Shown here: positions 1 to 17,535 of the stretch, piece after piece
How positions within the stretch are numbered: position 1 is the stretch's first letter
Layout of the letters: every line of letters begins with the position of its first letter
Assembly (NCBI GenBank): GCA_002269645.1
Contig: NIVC01000710.1
Coordinates: 1 to 26,763 of the forward strand
DNA: 26,763 nucleotides
From: Macrostomum lignano
Taxonomy: Eukaryota
Direction of reading: 5' to 3'
The notes under the pieces: model-generated
The model's input: the letters and a program-made list of their open reading frames with translations, nothing else
What the model was told of the DNA's origin: nothing
Databases searched by the model: none
Translations under genes and position numbers: made by a program

Positions 1-439
1 GGCGTTGCCTTGGCAGCCCACTATCTGAATATCCACTATCTGAAGCCTCTGTAACTGAACCAGTTTTTTGAGAACTGGCCTAAACCTGTCGCTAGAAGAA
101 ATCCCGCAAAAGTGGCCTCATTGAATGCTCGATTCTCAATCCACTTATCAAGTCAAGGCCAGTTTTGCCGAAAAACATTCGAACTTTCCAACCAAGCGAG
201 TGGCGGAGGTTGGGTTGGCCCGCGCCGCTTTTCTGCTATAAAAATTCAACCCCATGCCGAATTTTTGATTTGGCATTGGAAATCTCCACTGTAGCTGGCA
301 CTATACGCTAGAACGAAAGCACTATACGAAAGAACTTTCCACTCTGTTATTTACTTGACCCGGTCTCATCCGCGCCTAATTGTGTAACAGTTTTTTTACT
401 TCCGAATATCGTTTAAAGAAAAGCCAACAATGACTTCAG

Positions 440-2016
440 TGGCCATCGAATCGTTTTTTGGACCCTAGTAACAGCAGCAGCCAAGAGGCGTACAGCCGCA
501 GTCAACAGACAAACGCCCTCGTTGCTGTCAAGTGGATCAACTATCACCAGATTGAGGATAATCACGATGGTAAGTTTAGTTGAGAGTGATGAGAGAGGCT
601 CTATTACACTGTAGTATGTTGATCTATGGCCAAACTTGCATTTGAGAACATAGAGCAAGCGGGGAGTCTATGGCCAAAGTTGCTAGCGCTAGTGTCTATC
701 GCCAAAACTGAACAAACATGAGTCTATTCATTAGCCAAAGTTGCTAGTAGTGTCTATGGCCAAAACTGAGCAAGCAAGACTTCCCATAGCCAAAGTTGCA
801 AGTGTCTATGGCCAAAACTGAGCAAGCGAGACTTCCCATAGCCAAAGTTGCAAGTGTCTATGGCCAAAACTGAGCAAGCGAGTCTTCCCATAGCCAAAGT
901 TGCTAGTGTCTATGGCCAAAACTGAGCAAGCGAGTCTTCCCATATCCAAAGTTGCTAGTGTCTATGGCCAAAACTGAGCAAGCGAGTCTTCCCATAGCCA
1001 AAGTTGCTAGTGTCTATGGCCAAAACTGAGCAAGCGAGACTTCCCATAGCCAAAGTTGCTAATGTCTATGGTTTTAGTCTATGGCCAAGCAGTCACTAAG
1101 ACTAATCACTAAGCGACATTTCAATTCCTATGCAACTAACAGACAGCAAGATTCTGGTGTGTGGCAGCGGAAGCCAGATCAAATGCTTCCTGGAATTGCT
1201 GGAGTCAGTTTGCGAGCAGAGGACAATCAAGCGGCTGATCTGCGCGGCTGATTGCGAAGTGAGAGGCTGAGAGAGCGAGACCGCTGCTGTGTGTTTGCGA
1301 AACTCGAACAAGCTATTATTTGATTTTGTCAAATCTGAATTTTAGCTAGTCATGCTGACGGACTCAAAGTTCTGGACTGACTACGGCTGCCGGATTGTCT
1401 CCTGGCGGAAGGAAGGTGAGCTCTTTTCTGGGTCATCCCAGCTTATTAGTATGTACAATTAGCTACAGGGCTGAGCTTAAAGTACTTATACAACTCAACA
1501 TCACGCCGCATCTTTGCAGAATACGAGGACGACATTGTCCGCCGGACTCGCCTTGCTGCCAAACAGAAGCCCGTGTTCACAGTGATCGACTTTGAACCCA
1601 CTCTGCGCCGCTTGCACCGCCAGTTTTACATTGTTGCAGAGGTAGGAATATTTTTATCTTCTTGTATCCCGTATGTTCTGTTAGAAAAATTCAAATTCAG
1701 CATTCTTTTGCACATGTGCGCTACTTTGAGTAGCATGATCAGGCTATTTTAAATAGCGAAAAATCTGGTTTCCATTGAATTGCAGTGCGGCCGAGTTCTG
1801 CTCTACCAGAAGCGCCAAGCCCGCTGGAAGGAGATCTGCGCGCCTCTGCTGCCCGCCCTGGCTGACCGCGGCGTTGTTGTGGAGAATCTGGAGGACGACT
1901 GCCGCTACCTGATGCCGGCAGAGGACCGGGACTGCGCCGGGTCAGAGGCGTCCTCAGATGATCTCGCCTATTCGTCCTCCATGTCGTCAAGCGATTTCCC
2001 GGAATGCGATCGATAA
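440..2016 (+). CDS. 5'-incomplete spliced gene; unknown protein, possibly a divergent MDR (zinc-ADH-like) Rossmann-domain protein
   Basis: Exons 440-569, 1143-1258, 1346-1415, 1520-1641, 1786-2016, all GT-AG with matching phases (1,0,1,0); 669 nt, open to TAA at 2014-2016. Translation includes ALVAVKWINYHQIEDNHDDSKILVCGSGSQIKCFLELL...RLICAADCE...KPVFTVIDFEPTLRRLHRQFYIVAECGRVLL. The order (VLVxGxG, IxAxD, VIDF, GRVxL) resembles the MDR nucleotide-binding domain, by eye only. No start codon was identified. Confidence 0.7.
625..1090. repeat. 52-bp minisatellite in the 570-1142 intron of gene 1
   Basis: Unit AGTGTCTATGGCCAAAACTGAGCAAGCGAGTCTTCCCATAGCCAAAGTTGCT; GCCAAAGT recurs at 841 and 893. 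About 6 clean copies with degenerate flanks; each unit contains two related halves (TATGGCCAAAA / CATAGCCAAAG). Confidence 0.93.
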
Positions 2017-3130
2017 ATCTCCGTGACCAAATAGACTGCGCATGGATGACTAGAGATTAGATTGACATTCAGAATAGATTGCGAAATGCACGCAGTGACC
2101 TCTGAGGCTACAAATGCCTTCAACTCTGGGCAAACAGGAATTGGCCTCTGGGCCGAGAGAAGCTGAGAGTCACACACAGCTGGGGTGCCTTTGGGGCGCT
2201 GAATCTCACTTTGGGGCGCCAAGTTGGATTTATCAAGGCCTCTCAAGAACAGATCTCAAATGCTGCAGAGTTTCAGCCTTTTTGCCCAGGGCGATAGCTC
2301 AGACCGAATGTGTCAGGTGGAACGACATGTCATATAGTTATCAATGCTTTTATTCATAATGTCGTACCTGTTGCAGTGAACTACACTTTAATCTATGATT
2401 TATTGGTGCTGTCACAATTTGTGGATGCCAATTCTGATCATCTTGCTGTTCATTCACGGGTTTTAATGTGCAATTTTGTGTGTACATAGCAACTGTTACA
2501 TACTTGCTCATTCATTTCTCTTTAATTAAACCTTATTCGTTTCTCGAAAGACTTATAACCAAAATTACAAAATTTCAAATGCCACCGGTTGGTAAAATTG
2601 ATGTTTTTATCATGTACTCCTCATGTACTCCTCATGTACTCGTACATTTGCTGTCCTTCTGGCGCACCTCACTGCATTTTATTCAATCGAAGGTGCTCGC
2701 GGAAGGCGGAAGGCGGAAAATACAAAATTTGTATTTTTAAAAAATTAGCGCTGAAAAGCTTCACAGTTATAAGAATGCTGTTCATTGTTCAGCTATGAAT
2801 GAATTCTTTATGCCTAGTTTATTTTTTATAAGCTGGTATTGCATGCACTGGCTGGTGTGCTCAGCTAGCGGCTCAGCTGACTCATGCGCCATGCAGCTGA
2901 GAACACTGCGGTGGGTGAGTTTGAGCAGCTTGTGAGCTGCTGTGAGTCATCCAAAGCAAATGTGCATCAGTGCTCAAGGGCTTGAAATTTGTATGAAATG
3001 AGCTGCTGAGAAAGGAAATTTAATAAGGGACAGATGGCAGCCATATACAGTATGAAATACATGCAGCATATAATGTACATGTACATTAACTTGTATACAT
3101 CCAGTCTTGCAGGGCCACTGCAGCTCCACC

Positions 3131-3853
3131 TTCCCAGATCCTCAGTTGCTGGGCCCAGCCTTCCAGATCTCCAGTTGCTGGGCCAGCCTCCCAGATCCTC
3201 AGTTGCTGGGCCAGCCTCCCAGATCCTCAGTTGCTGGGCCAGCCTCCCAGATCTCCAGTTGCTGGGCCAGCCTCCCAGATCCTCAGTTGCTGGGCCAGCC
3301 TCCCAGATCCTCAGTTGCTGGGCCAGCCTCCCAGATCCTCAGTTGCTGGGCCAGCCTCCCAGATCTCCAGTTGCTGGGCCAGCCTCCCAGATCTCCAGTT
3401 GCTGTTGCTGGGCCAGCCTAACAGATCCTCAGTTGCTGGGCCAGCCTCCCAGATCCTCAGTTGCTGGGCCAGCCTCCCAGATCCTCAGTTGCTGGGCCAG
3501 CCTCCCAGATCCTCAGTTGCTGGGCCAGCCTCCCAGATCCTCAGTTGCTGGGCCAGCCTCCCAGATCTCCAGTTGCTGTTGCTGGGCCAGCCTAACAGAT
3601 CCTCAGTTGCTGGGCCAGCCTCCCAGATCTCCAGTTGCTGGGGGGGGGGGGCAGCCTTCCAGATCCTCAGTTGCTGGGCCAGCCTCCCAGATCCTCAGTT
3701 GCTGGGCCAGCCTCCCAGATCCTCAGTTGCTGGGCCAGCCTCTCAGATCTCCAGTTGCTGGGCCAGCCTCCAAGATCTCCAGTTTCTGGGGGGGGGCAGC
3801 CTCCCAGACCCTCAGTTGCTGGGCCAGCCTCCCAGATCTTCAGTTGCTGGGCC
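3131..3853. repeat. 28-bp minisatellite, about 25 copies, between convergent genes
   Basis: Unit CCAGCCTCCCAGATCCTCAGTTGCTGGG (period 3183 to 3211), with AGATCTCCAG variants, GCTGTT insertions and poly-G interruptions near 3640 and 3790. Accounts for ORFs 3034-3942, 3107-3421 and 3231-3902. Confidence 0.96.
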
Positions 3854-4277
3854 GGTGCCATTTTCCAGATACTCAGGTTGGCCGCCACTTCAGAAAAAAT
3901 GAGGATAACTCCATTTTTCGCATTAAAATCACCAATGGCTGAATTTGCTAAAATGTTATTTATTTACAGATCCAATCAGCGGTTTGAGTTCAGACAGGTG
4001 CAGCAGAATGCGGCAAAAAATCAATTCTGAGTAGCCAAGCAAAACATAGGCAAATTATAAACTACAAGTGTAACCAATAGTTTAATATTGGAATGCATTG
4101 CGCAAGATTTGTGCCTGTTTAAAATTAGCAGCATCATAGACAGCATAAGCGAACTAAAGTTTACGAATGCTACTTATAGTAGCACAAATGAACATTGGCA
4201 GATAACGAATAACAAAAAATGTTTGAAAACACCTTGGTGGTTTGTATCAACCGGCTGAAAATAGGGTCCTGACAAAT

Positions 4278-4408
4278 AGAATGCTGACCCAGCCTGATTC
4301 AGAATGCTGACCCACCCTGATTCAGAATGCTGACCCACCCTGATTCAGAATGCTGACCCACCCTGATTCAGAATGCTGACCCACCCTGATTCAGAATGCT
4401 GACCCACT
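4278..4408. repeat. 23-bp minisatellite, about 6 copies, downstream of the Rab stop codon
   Basis: AGAATGCTGACCCACCCTGATTC at 4278, 4301, 4324, 4347, 4370 and a partial copy at 4393. Confidence 0.93.
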
Positions 4409-4527
4409 CATTCATTGTGTCTGGCCTAAACCTGACTAGACTGAAACTAATGACGGGATGCAACAATAGCCGCAACCAAGTTTGAGTTTTCAGTAAAAAC
4501 TTTGGCGTTTCATCCATCGGCAGTCAA

Positions 4528-6162
4528 TTAAACCCTGGAGCTGGTGCTGCTCCCGCTTCTGCTCTGTTGCTGTTGCTGCTGCCACAGCCACGTGCCGCCG
4601 CCGCCGCCGCCGCCGCCCCTCCTGCGGCAGATCACGTGGCCGATGGCCGAGAAGCAGGCGCCCAGAGTCCACTGGCCCGGCTTGCCTGGCGCCGTGCTCA
4701 AAGGCGCCGCAGCGGAGGCGCCCGGCCGGCCGAGGATCAGCGGCTCCTCCTGGGCGGACGGCGCCGGCGGCGCCCGCACCCGCAGCCGGTCGAACACCTC
4801 CTCGAAGGCTTCGTCCACTCCGTCGCCTGTGAGGGCGGAGGCCTCCACGGTGGCGTGCAGGCCGTGGCGGGCGGCGAAGGCCGCTGCCTCCTCCGGGGAC
4901 ACCTGCGATGAGATTGGGCGGGGGCAGTTGGTGTGGGATGAAGATTGCTGCTGAAGTCAGATCCTCATTCTCCATAATCAGTTCCCCATATTCAGATCCC
5001 CATTTGCCACAATCAGATTCATATTCCCCATAATCAGATCCCCATTCCCCATAATCTGATTCCCATTCCCCATAATCAGATCCCTATTCCCATAATCAGA
5101 TCCCTATTCCCATAATCAGATCCCTATTCCCATAATCAGATCCCTATTCCCATGTTCAGATCCTCATTCCCCATAATCAGATCCCCATTCCCATAATCAG
5201 ATCCCCATTCCCATAATCAGTTCCCCATTCCCCATATTCAGATCCCCATTCCCCATAATCTGATTCCCATTCCCCATAATCAGATCCCTATTCCCATAAT
5301 CAGATCACTATTCCCATAATCAGATCCCCATTCCCCATAATTAGATCCCTATTCCCCATTAATCAGATCCCCATTATCGACAATCAGATCCCCATTCCAA
5401 GCTTCCAGATCCCAAGTCCCCACAATAAAATTGTCAGTTGCACATTTCAACCCCCAGATCCCAAACACAAATGACTATTCCCAAATTTCCCAACTCAACT
5501 CCTATTCCCACAGATTTGAGCTTCCCAATCCCTGTTCCAAGTTTTACCAAAAATCAAACCCTCGCATTGTCAGTCCGCCTCCCAGCTCACCTGCCGCTCA
5601 GCAGCGGAGCAGTCGGCCTTGGCGCCAACCAGCACAATGACGGCATCGGCTGGCGCCTCCTCCCTCAACGCCTGCAGCCAGTCAGCTCCAGCGGCCGTCA
5701 GCGAGTCCTTGTTGGTCAGGTCGTACACCAGCAGGGCGGCGCGAGCTCCGGCCAGGTAGCCGCGCACAATGTGCCGAAAGCGCTGGTGGCCGCTGGCGTC
5801 CCAGAGCGAGGGCTGTGGCGGTGTATTAGGAGAAAGGTGAGATCAAAGATTGTAAAAAGGATAATAATAGAACACCTAAAGGAGCGCCGGGAGCACCTAA
5901 TTCCTAACTAAGGCTGAAGGGCACAAAGAAGAGTCAACAACAAGCTAGTGGTAGCTCGTGTAGAGATACTGGATTTCAGAAACGCGCTCACCTTCAATCC
6001 GCCCGTCTGCTCAGCCAGAAAGATCACGTCAATACCAACCGTTGCCAAACAGTTGGCGTCGAACACATTATCAACGTAGCGGCTAATTAGGCTGGTCTTG
6101 CCGCAGCCGGGTGCGCCAACAACGATCACGGCTGGTCCTCTTTGGTGCGCGTTCAATGCCAT
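4528..6162 (-). CDS. Atypical Rab-family small GTPase, 3 exons, about 255 aa
   Basis: Exons (minus strand) 6162-5992, 5812-5591, 4902-4528, both junctions phase 0 GT-AG. G1 GAPGCGKT, G2 ATVGID, G3 WDASGHQRF, G4 VGAKAD, G5 EASALTG. RabF-like motifs VGIDV, RFRHIV, YLAGA and LVYDLT. Subfamily not assignable by eye. Confidence 0.9.
4958..5400. repeat. 19/20-bp minisatellite in Rab intron 2
   Basis: Units of the type CCCATAATCAGATCCC(C/T)ATT, about 22 copies, grading into a degenerate C-rich tract up to about 5540. Confidence 0.93.
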
Positions 6163-9100
6163 GCTGACGAGAGGACTGGAGGCAGGTCCGCTTGCTTTCT
6201 TTGTGTTGAAGAAATAGGCTGATTTTTCTCTGGCTTCAAGAACGACAGTTAGACTTGGGCTTTGTCTGCCTGTGTCTCATGGCACGTGATTCATTTATAT
6301 AAGCTTAGGACGACGGGTTCAAGTTTCATCCAAGTGTTGAGTTTTTACTCACCCCCTCTATTTCCCTTTCCTGGTATAGCGCTAATTGGTGCGGGGTGCG
6401 GGGGTTGGTTGGTTGAGGGGGTTGGTTTAAAATTGGTCTGTGGTGGTCCCACTCCAGAGTGTACATAGCCTATAGAACAAATGTACATTGTCATTCGTAA
6501 CGTTACTAAAAATAGATTGGACTGCCTTAAAAGCCACGGCTTCCTTTTATCAAGACAAGAGCGTGCGTGGAAAGCGAAGTTCGTCTAATAAAGCCTTGTG
6601 CATTTCCTAAGAAAGATAAGGACTAGCCAAGTAAATTTCTTGGATTTAAATTCGGAGCAAACAAGCAGTGGACATACAAAAAGTACCTTATTAGTTGGCT
6701 GCTACGTGTTTTGAATTGTGAAGTGTTGCGATTGTGCTGCCTGACTGACCCGCCACTATTTTTAGCGCTTGACATCAGACAGGCGCAGACTGCCTTTCTA
6801 GATGTTGTCTTTGCGACTGTTTTCTGGTTTTTAGTTCAAAGGTTGAACCAACTGTTTCCTTCAGAGGCTTTAGTCTAATTCTAAAATGAATAGAAAGATA
6901 AGGGATGTTTTAATATATTTTCGATAATTTGCAAAGTTTAGTATATTTGATTGATCGGCCTTTAATTAAGCTTTGCTAACTCATGTTTCAAGTTTAAAAA
7001 GAAACACTTCCAGCGGTCCTTGGAATGCTCATGCACGGACCAAAATAGGAATGAAACGACCAAAATCTAAAATTGCACTGTAGTCAAAAGTAATTGCGAT
7101 TTGACTAAAGACTCGCCTCTTGTCTCACGCAGCTCCTGGAAACCAGAAACCAGCTGTCGCATGCATACGCTCGTAGAAGGCAGGAAACGAGAATTCTTTC
7201 CAAAGAAAGCCAAGCGCATGGTGAGGAGCTGTTCACTGTTCACACGTACACAAGTTCCTCCTCGCAGTTCCCGTCCCGTGCACAAGTATATTGTACGTAT
7301 TTCATATGCTTCCTACACAATATTTAAAAAGTACGCGATTTCGATCGATCTGCCTTATCTGCAATCTTGATTTCGACGCTAAAGTTCCCCACTGGGGAGG
7401 GGTAAAACCATGAACCCCGTCTACCCCGAGTTCTCCACGCAGTGTACTGCACGCGGTAGCCATGTACAGGTGCAGCGCTGCTATATACGCTTGCTTGCAC
7501 TCAAAAGCATTCAGCTAGGATAGCTTTGAGCACATGCTGATGCTTGCCAGCTGGCAAACCTGGCGAACCAGATTTTTTTCTAATCCCATAGCTCCTTAAA
7601 CAGAAAGCTCTGTGCTGAGAGCATTCCCAGATCAATCTGCAAGTGCCTGTTTACAGAAGTTCTGACAGCGAAAAATGTACTTTTATCAATCCAATAAGGT
7701 AAAAATTGTGTCGCAAGTAAAAATTTGCGTCGCAAACGTTAACTCTCAGCCATGCAGCTGAGAAGCCAAGGCAAGACAGAGAGAAAAAAATAACAAAATT
7801 CACGATCTTGCAGTCGAATTTCTGATTCAATATGCCGCCCTTTCTATACTTTGCACAAACTATAGCATTTGCATGTAGAATTAATCTCTTTTATTCGTGT
7901 GCTGAACCAAATTGCATGTATAGCTTGCATGCAAATAATTCATGATTCTCTAAGCTGCATGCAGTTTTGCTTGCTGGAAAATGCCATTGAATATTAGCCG
8001 AAACTGGCTACTGTATCGCACAATTGCGCGCCGTATGAATTTTTCTCTCTAAGGTGACTCACTAAGATTAGAGTTTTATGATTATAGCCGGGCGATTTTG
8101 TAGCGATAAAGTTTGCAGTTTTTCATTCCAATATGTAGCATTTTTTACATCGTACGCTCGTGCAGCCCATCAGTGGCAGGGTATCCAAGCTGGAAATAAG
8201 CAAAACTTAGTACTGGAATTAACTATACCGCCACTGGGCTTGGAAACAAGTACATGCAGCCTGTATGCTCATTCACACTTCACCTACTGAATTAAAAATG
8301 CCAAAAGCTAAATAAATGAGGCAACCAAGATTATAAAAAACGAACGACAGGAGCTCAACTTTTACCATCTCTTGCCAGTATAGCTAGCTAAGCTAGTAAC
8401 GTGGTCCTTTGACTTGTACATGTACATGTATATAAATTACACACTTACTGTTATCTACTGTAAAGTCAATTCAAATAAGATTTCATTACTCAAATTTCGA
8501 TGCATGTATTTCGATGGTTATACATATGTACATGCATTACCTCATCCTGACGCTTACGTGAAAAATAAATGCCAAAAGTTACACAAGTACAGTACGTACT
8601 ACAACGATCGAGGGAACTGTCTCAATCCAAGAAACTTATTGTGAATTCGATCAGCGTATCTGAAAATTCTACTGATCAGATAGTTGTGTGCCAAGGTCTA
8701 CATGTGGACATGTACTTAAGTACTCGTTACTTTAGTCGTCCTTGCTTGGATGGCTTTTGGGTTGACTAGAAGAATCTCACAGGAATATGAACATGTACAG
8801 TCAGGGGCGACAATTTCGGCGCCGCAGGCACTCATTTAATTTGGTGCCGCAGGCGTGCTACGTTCTGTCTACAGCAAAATTATTGATTACCATAACGGGT
8901 CACAAGAGGGTGGAGTCAAGGTCGGTGGTGGAGTGTGCGGGGGACAAAGCAAATTGGCATGGCCCTTTTACTGGGGGGACGTCCCCACTGTCCCGGTGGG
9001 CGATGCCTTGCGTACAGTTGTTGTACAGCAGGGATCAGGATTCTATTATGGCTTCCCTGCTTGGTAAGACTGAAAGACTGATAGATTGAATAGTGAAGCC

Positions 9101-10334
9101 TGAAAAAACTAAGAATTAAGAAACTGAAAGGAAGACGCTTAAACAAAAATAGAAAGATTAATGCTTTAAAGCATCTGTTAAAATGAGTTTGTTTTGCCAA
9201 ACAGTAAAATTAAAAAACAACTTTCTTCGAAACATTGACGGTCGTCACCAGTCGGTCACTTATTAAAAATTTGGGCAATTTGTTACTTTTGCACGTTAAT
9301 AATTATAAGACATAATAGTAAAATATATTATTTTAATTCCATTTTCAACTAAAACATGTTCGCTTAGGCCTATCATTTTGATTGTTTTTATGTCAGCTAG
9401 TTATACCAAAAAATTTTTTGTTTTTATGTCAGCCAGTTATAATTATACCAATAAAATTTTCTATTAGTCTTTAACTACTAGGCATTTATGCCAATGGCAA
9501 TGCTAATTTAAGACTAAATTTATACTATAGATTTCTGGTGTAACTGTAACAAAATGGACTAACAGGACTCTGGACATCAGGACATGGTATTTACTCTAGT
9601 TAGCCTAATAATAAGCCAGCAAAGCAAATTGGTGGGCCTAAATTAGAAAATACTAGACCTAGAATCAAGAAAGAATGCTTTACTTTTTCTATTTCTTTAG
9701 TTTGATAACAGACTAGGTCTAAAAAGAAGTATTTTTATATTTAGTTTAGACTTACTAAGTCTAAAACTAAATCTAAATTAAAATACTAAATGAAAAATAT
9801 AATTAATTTTTTAAGTCTTATTGCTAAATTCATTAAATAGTAATATAATCTACCTAGCCTAGTTGATATATTTTTGCTTCATTTAAATATAATTTTCTCT
9901 AAGAAAGTAACAATAGTGACTATACAAAAATTCAAAAACTACATGCCATCTATACTTTAGAAAAAGTCATTCATACTAGAATTTTCTAGTACATATTTGG
10001 TTTTTATATAAAAAAAATTGCCTACATTGGCATGGCTTTACACAACACAATGTATTTTATTATATGATAAGGTGGTGGTATGGCATATTATAATAATATT
10101 GTATAGCTTATATAGGGTATGGATGCATTATTCTATGCCAAATGTTCATAAATAAATTATATATACTTACTATATTTATATATTTCTTGTTTTTTTAACC
10201 ACTAGTAAATCATAGATTATAAAAATTAAAGTTAAATATAGAGAAAATCATCGATTATAACAAATTTTCTAAATTTCAAAAGAAGCTTTATTTTTTGCAG
10301 TCTCAAAATCTTCTCTTTCCTTTCTCTTCTTTTA

Positions 10335-10420
10335 TTTATATAACTAAAGTTGAGCTATCTCTATCTGTGTGCTTAATAATAGATAGATAAATGGCTCAAC
10401 CAATTTTCACCCAACTTGGA
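10335..10420 (+). mobile_element. Possible Helitron/HINE-like 5' end remnant
   Basis: TATATAACTAAAGTTGAGCTATCTCTATCTGTGTGC...AATGGCTCAACCAATTTTCACCCAACTTGG resembles, from memory, the ACGGCTGAACCGATTTTCACCAAACTTGG block that follows a CTGT-type microsatellite near the 5' ends of invertebrate non-autonomous Helitrons. Not verified by search; no 3' end found. Confidence 0.35.
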
Positions 10421-10798
10421 CTATTTGTTCAGAAATTTTCCTGTGATAGTACATGCATTGTAGCTAAGAAATTGCTCAATGCTAAAGCAATTAAATATTT
10501 AAAACATATGCTGTTTTGTAAAGGTCAAGCAAAATTTTTGACTTGAAATATATTATAAGAATTGTAGAGAAAAACTGACAGTCTAAATTCTGATTCTAAA
10601 AGGACTACATCTCAAGAGGCTTTTTATTTAGCATATGTGTACTGGCTAAATTTTGACTTTGACAAATTGTGTCACAATGTTGAAAAACACAGTGTGAAAG
10701 CATATAGCACCAGACTTGATTTTAAGATTGCATAACCATATTGTTAACCTTCCTAGAGACTGATACTGGCTGACTAAGAAATCAATTATATTATAACA

Positions 10799-10917
10799 AG
10801 GCTTACTGGGGGAATTGCTTAGATGTCTAGGCTTATTAGAATAATTGCTAAAATGTCAAGGCTCATAAAAATTTCTAAGATGTATAGGCTTACTGGGGGA
10901 AGTGCTAAGATGTCCAA
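10799..10917. repeat. Degenerate 27-30-bp tandem repeat, 4 copies
   Basis: AGGCTTACTGGGGGAATTGCTTAGATGTCT / AGGCTTATTAGAATAATTGCTAAAATGTCA / AGGCTCATAAAAATTTCTAAGATGTAT / AGGCTTACTGGGGGAAGTGCTAAGATGTCC. Confidence 0.75.
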
Positions 10918-11363
10918 GATATCTAGCTGTGAATTGCAGCATGCACTCAACATGATCCCTAGAGTATGGCATATCATTTATTTGAAACATTATTCATTCC
11001 TTTGTTTGTTGCCTTTCCAATAGGGAGACTAAGATTGCTGGCTGTTGCAATAATACTGAAATAGCTTATGAGCAATTCATTCCAAAGAAAATTGGCCATT
11101 GACTATTATTATTTTATTTGAAACCCTATGCTTATTTGTACTAATCAGTTGTATCCTAAGTGATGGAGTTTGACATTAAATGTGCTGTCCATCTTGTGGC
11201 AAAGCGCGTGACCACAAAGCAAGGGGTAAAAGTCATCCTGCCAGCAGTCATGCCTATTTCACCGATCCCTGAGCACGCACATGGGTTTGTACACAGGCAC
11301 AGTGCTCATACAGGGTATGCAGTGGCCCTGCTAAATTTCATGCCCTCTCTCAAGAGCTAGTTG

Positions 11364-16816
<5,453 letters not shown>

Positions 16817-17334
16817 AAGCGGCAGCCTGTATATGATACAATTATATGATAAACCTGTAAAAACTGAAAGCATTTCAGCGTGTTAAGAATATTGCATACA
16901 GAATCCAATTGCATTTTCGCGAGTTTGTCAGTCAGAGCTCAAGTTGAAATTTATTGCCAGTTCGTTCTGCTTGACGCCATAATAATGCTGGCAGTTCCAC
17001 CGACTGCCTGCTAATTGCTCTGTAATCTTTAATTGATTTTTTGTTTAGATTAACTAGCATCAATAATACATTTGTTCTTGAGTATTTACTGTTAATCACT
17101 GCGTTACAGTGTAGCTTTTGTACTTCATTGGACTTAAAAAGAACAAAATGTACTTTTCAATGCTTTTTCTTTATTTACTGGACTGGGTCACGTGACTGCA
17201 ACATAAAATTAACATAAAATTATTCAATCAAGGAGCTGGAACTTTTGCGAACAAACTTTAAGTTTAACAGGTACTCGAAAATTTTCCACAAGAAAGCTTC
17301 CGCCAAAATCCTGCAAGCAATCCTTATAGACCCA

Positions 17335-17535
17335 TTTGTCCATCAAGATTTGTCCACCGAGGTTTGTCCATCAAGATTTGTCCACCGTGGTTTGTCCACC
17401 GAGGTTTGTCCATCAAGATTTGTCCACCGAGGTTTGTCCATCAAGATTTGTCCACCGAGGTTTGTCCATCAAGATTTGTCCACCGAGGTTTGTCCATCAA
17501 GATTTGTCCATCGAGGTTTGTCCATCAAGATTTCT
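17335..17535. repeat. 28-bp minisatellite (14+14) between SON and its paralog
   Basis: ATCAAGATTTGTCC+ACCGAGGTTTGTCC, about 7 copies. Confidence 0.93.

Noticed and set aside
1130-1132. ATG as start of gene 1
   Set aside because: CTAACAG at 1136-1142 is a better acceptor and joins in phase to the donor at 570, so the gene probably starts further upstream. An ATG-initiated short form cannot be excluded.
3034-3942. 302-aa and overlapping ORFs
   Set aside because: Translations of a 28-bp array that is open in several frames; no domain signature.
7380-7475. Cluster of small hairpins (TCCCCACTGGGGA, GCAGTGTACTGC, GCAGCGCTGC)
   Set aside because: Stems of 5 bp are expected by chance; no recognisable ncRNA or element end.
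8798-9260. Possible MITE from CAGGGGCGAC to GTCGTCACC with an internal GGGGACGTCCCC palindrome
   Set aside because: Terminal match is too weak and no target-site duplication was found.
9300-10800. AT-rich block as organellar insertion or coding DNA
   Set aside because: No ORF of note and no recognisable tRNA, rRNA or mitochondrial gene motifs.
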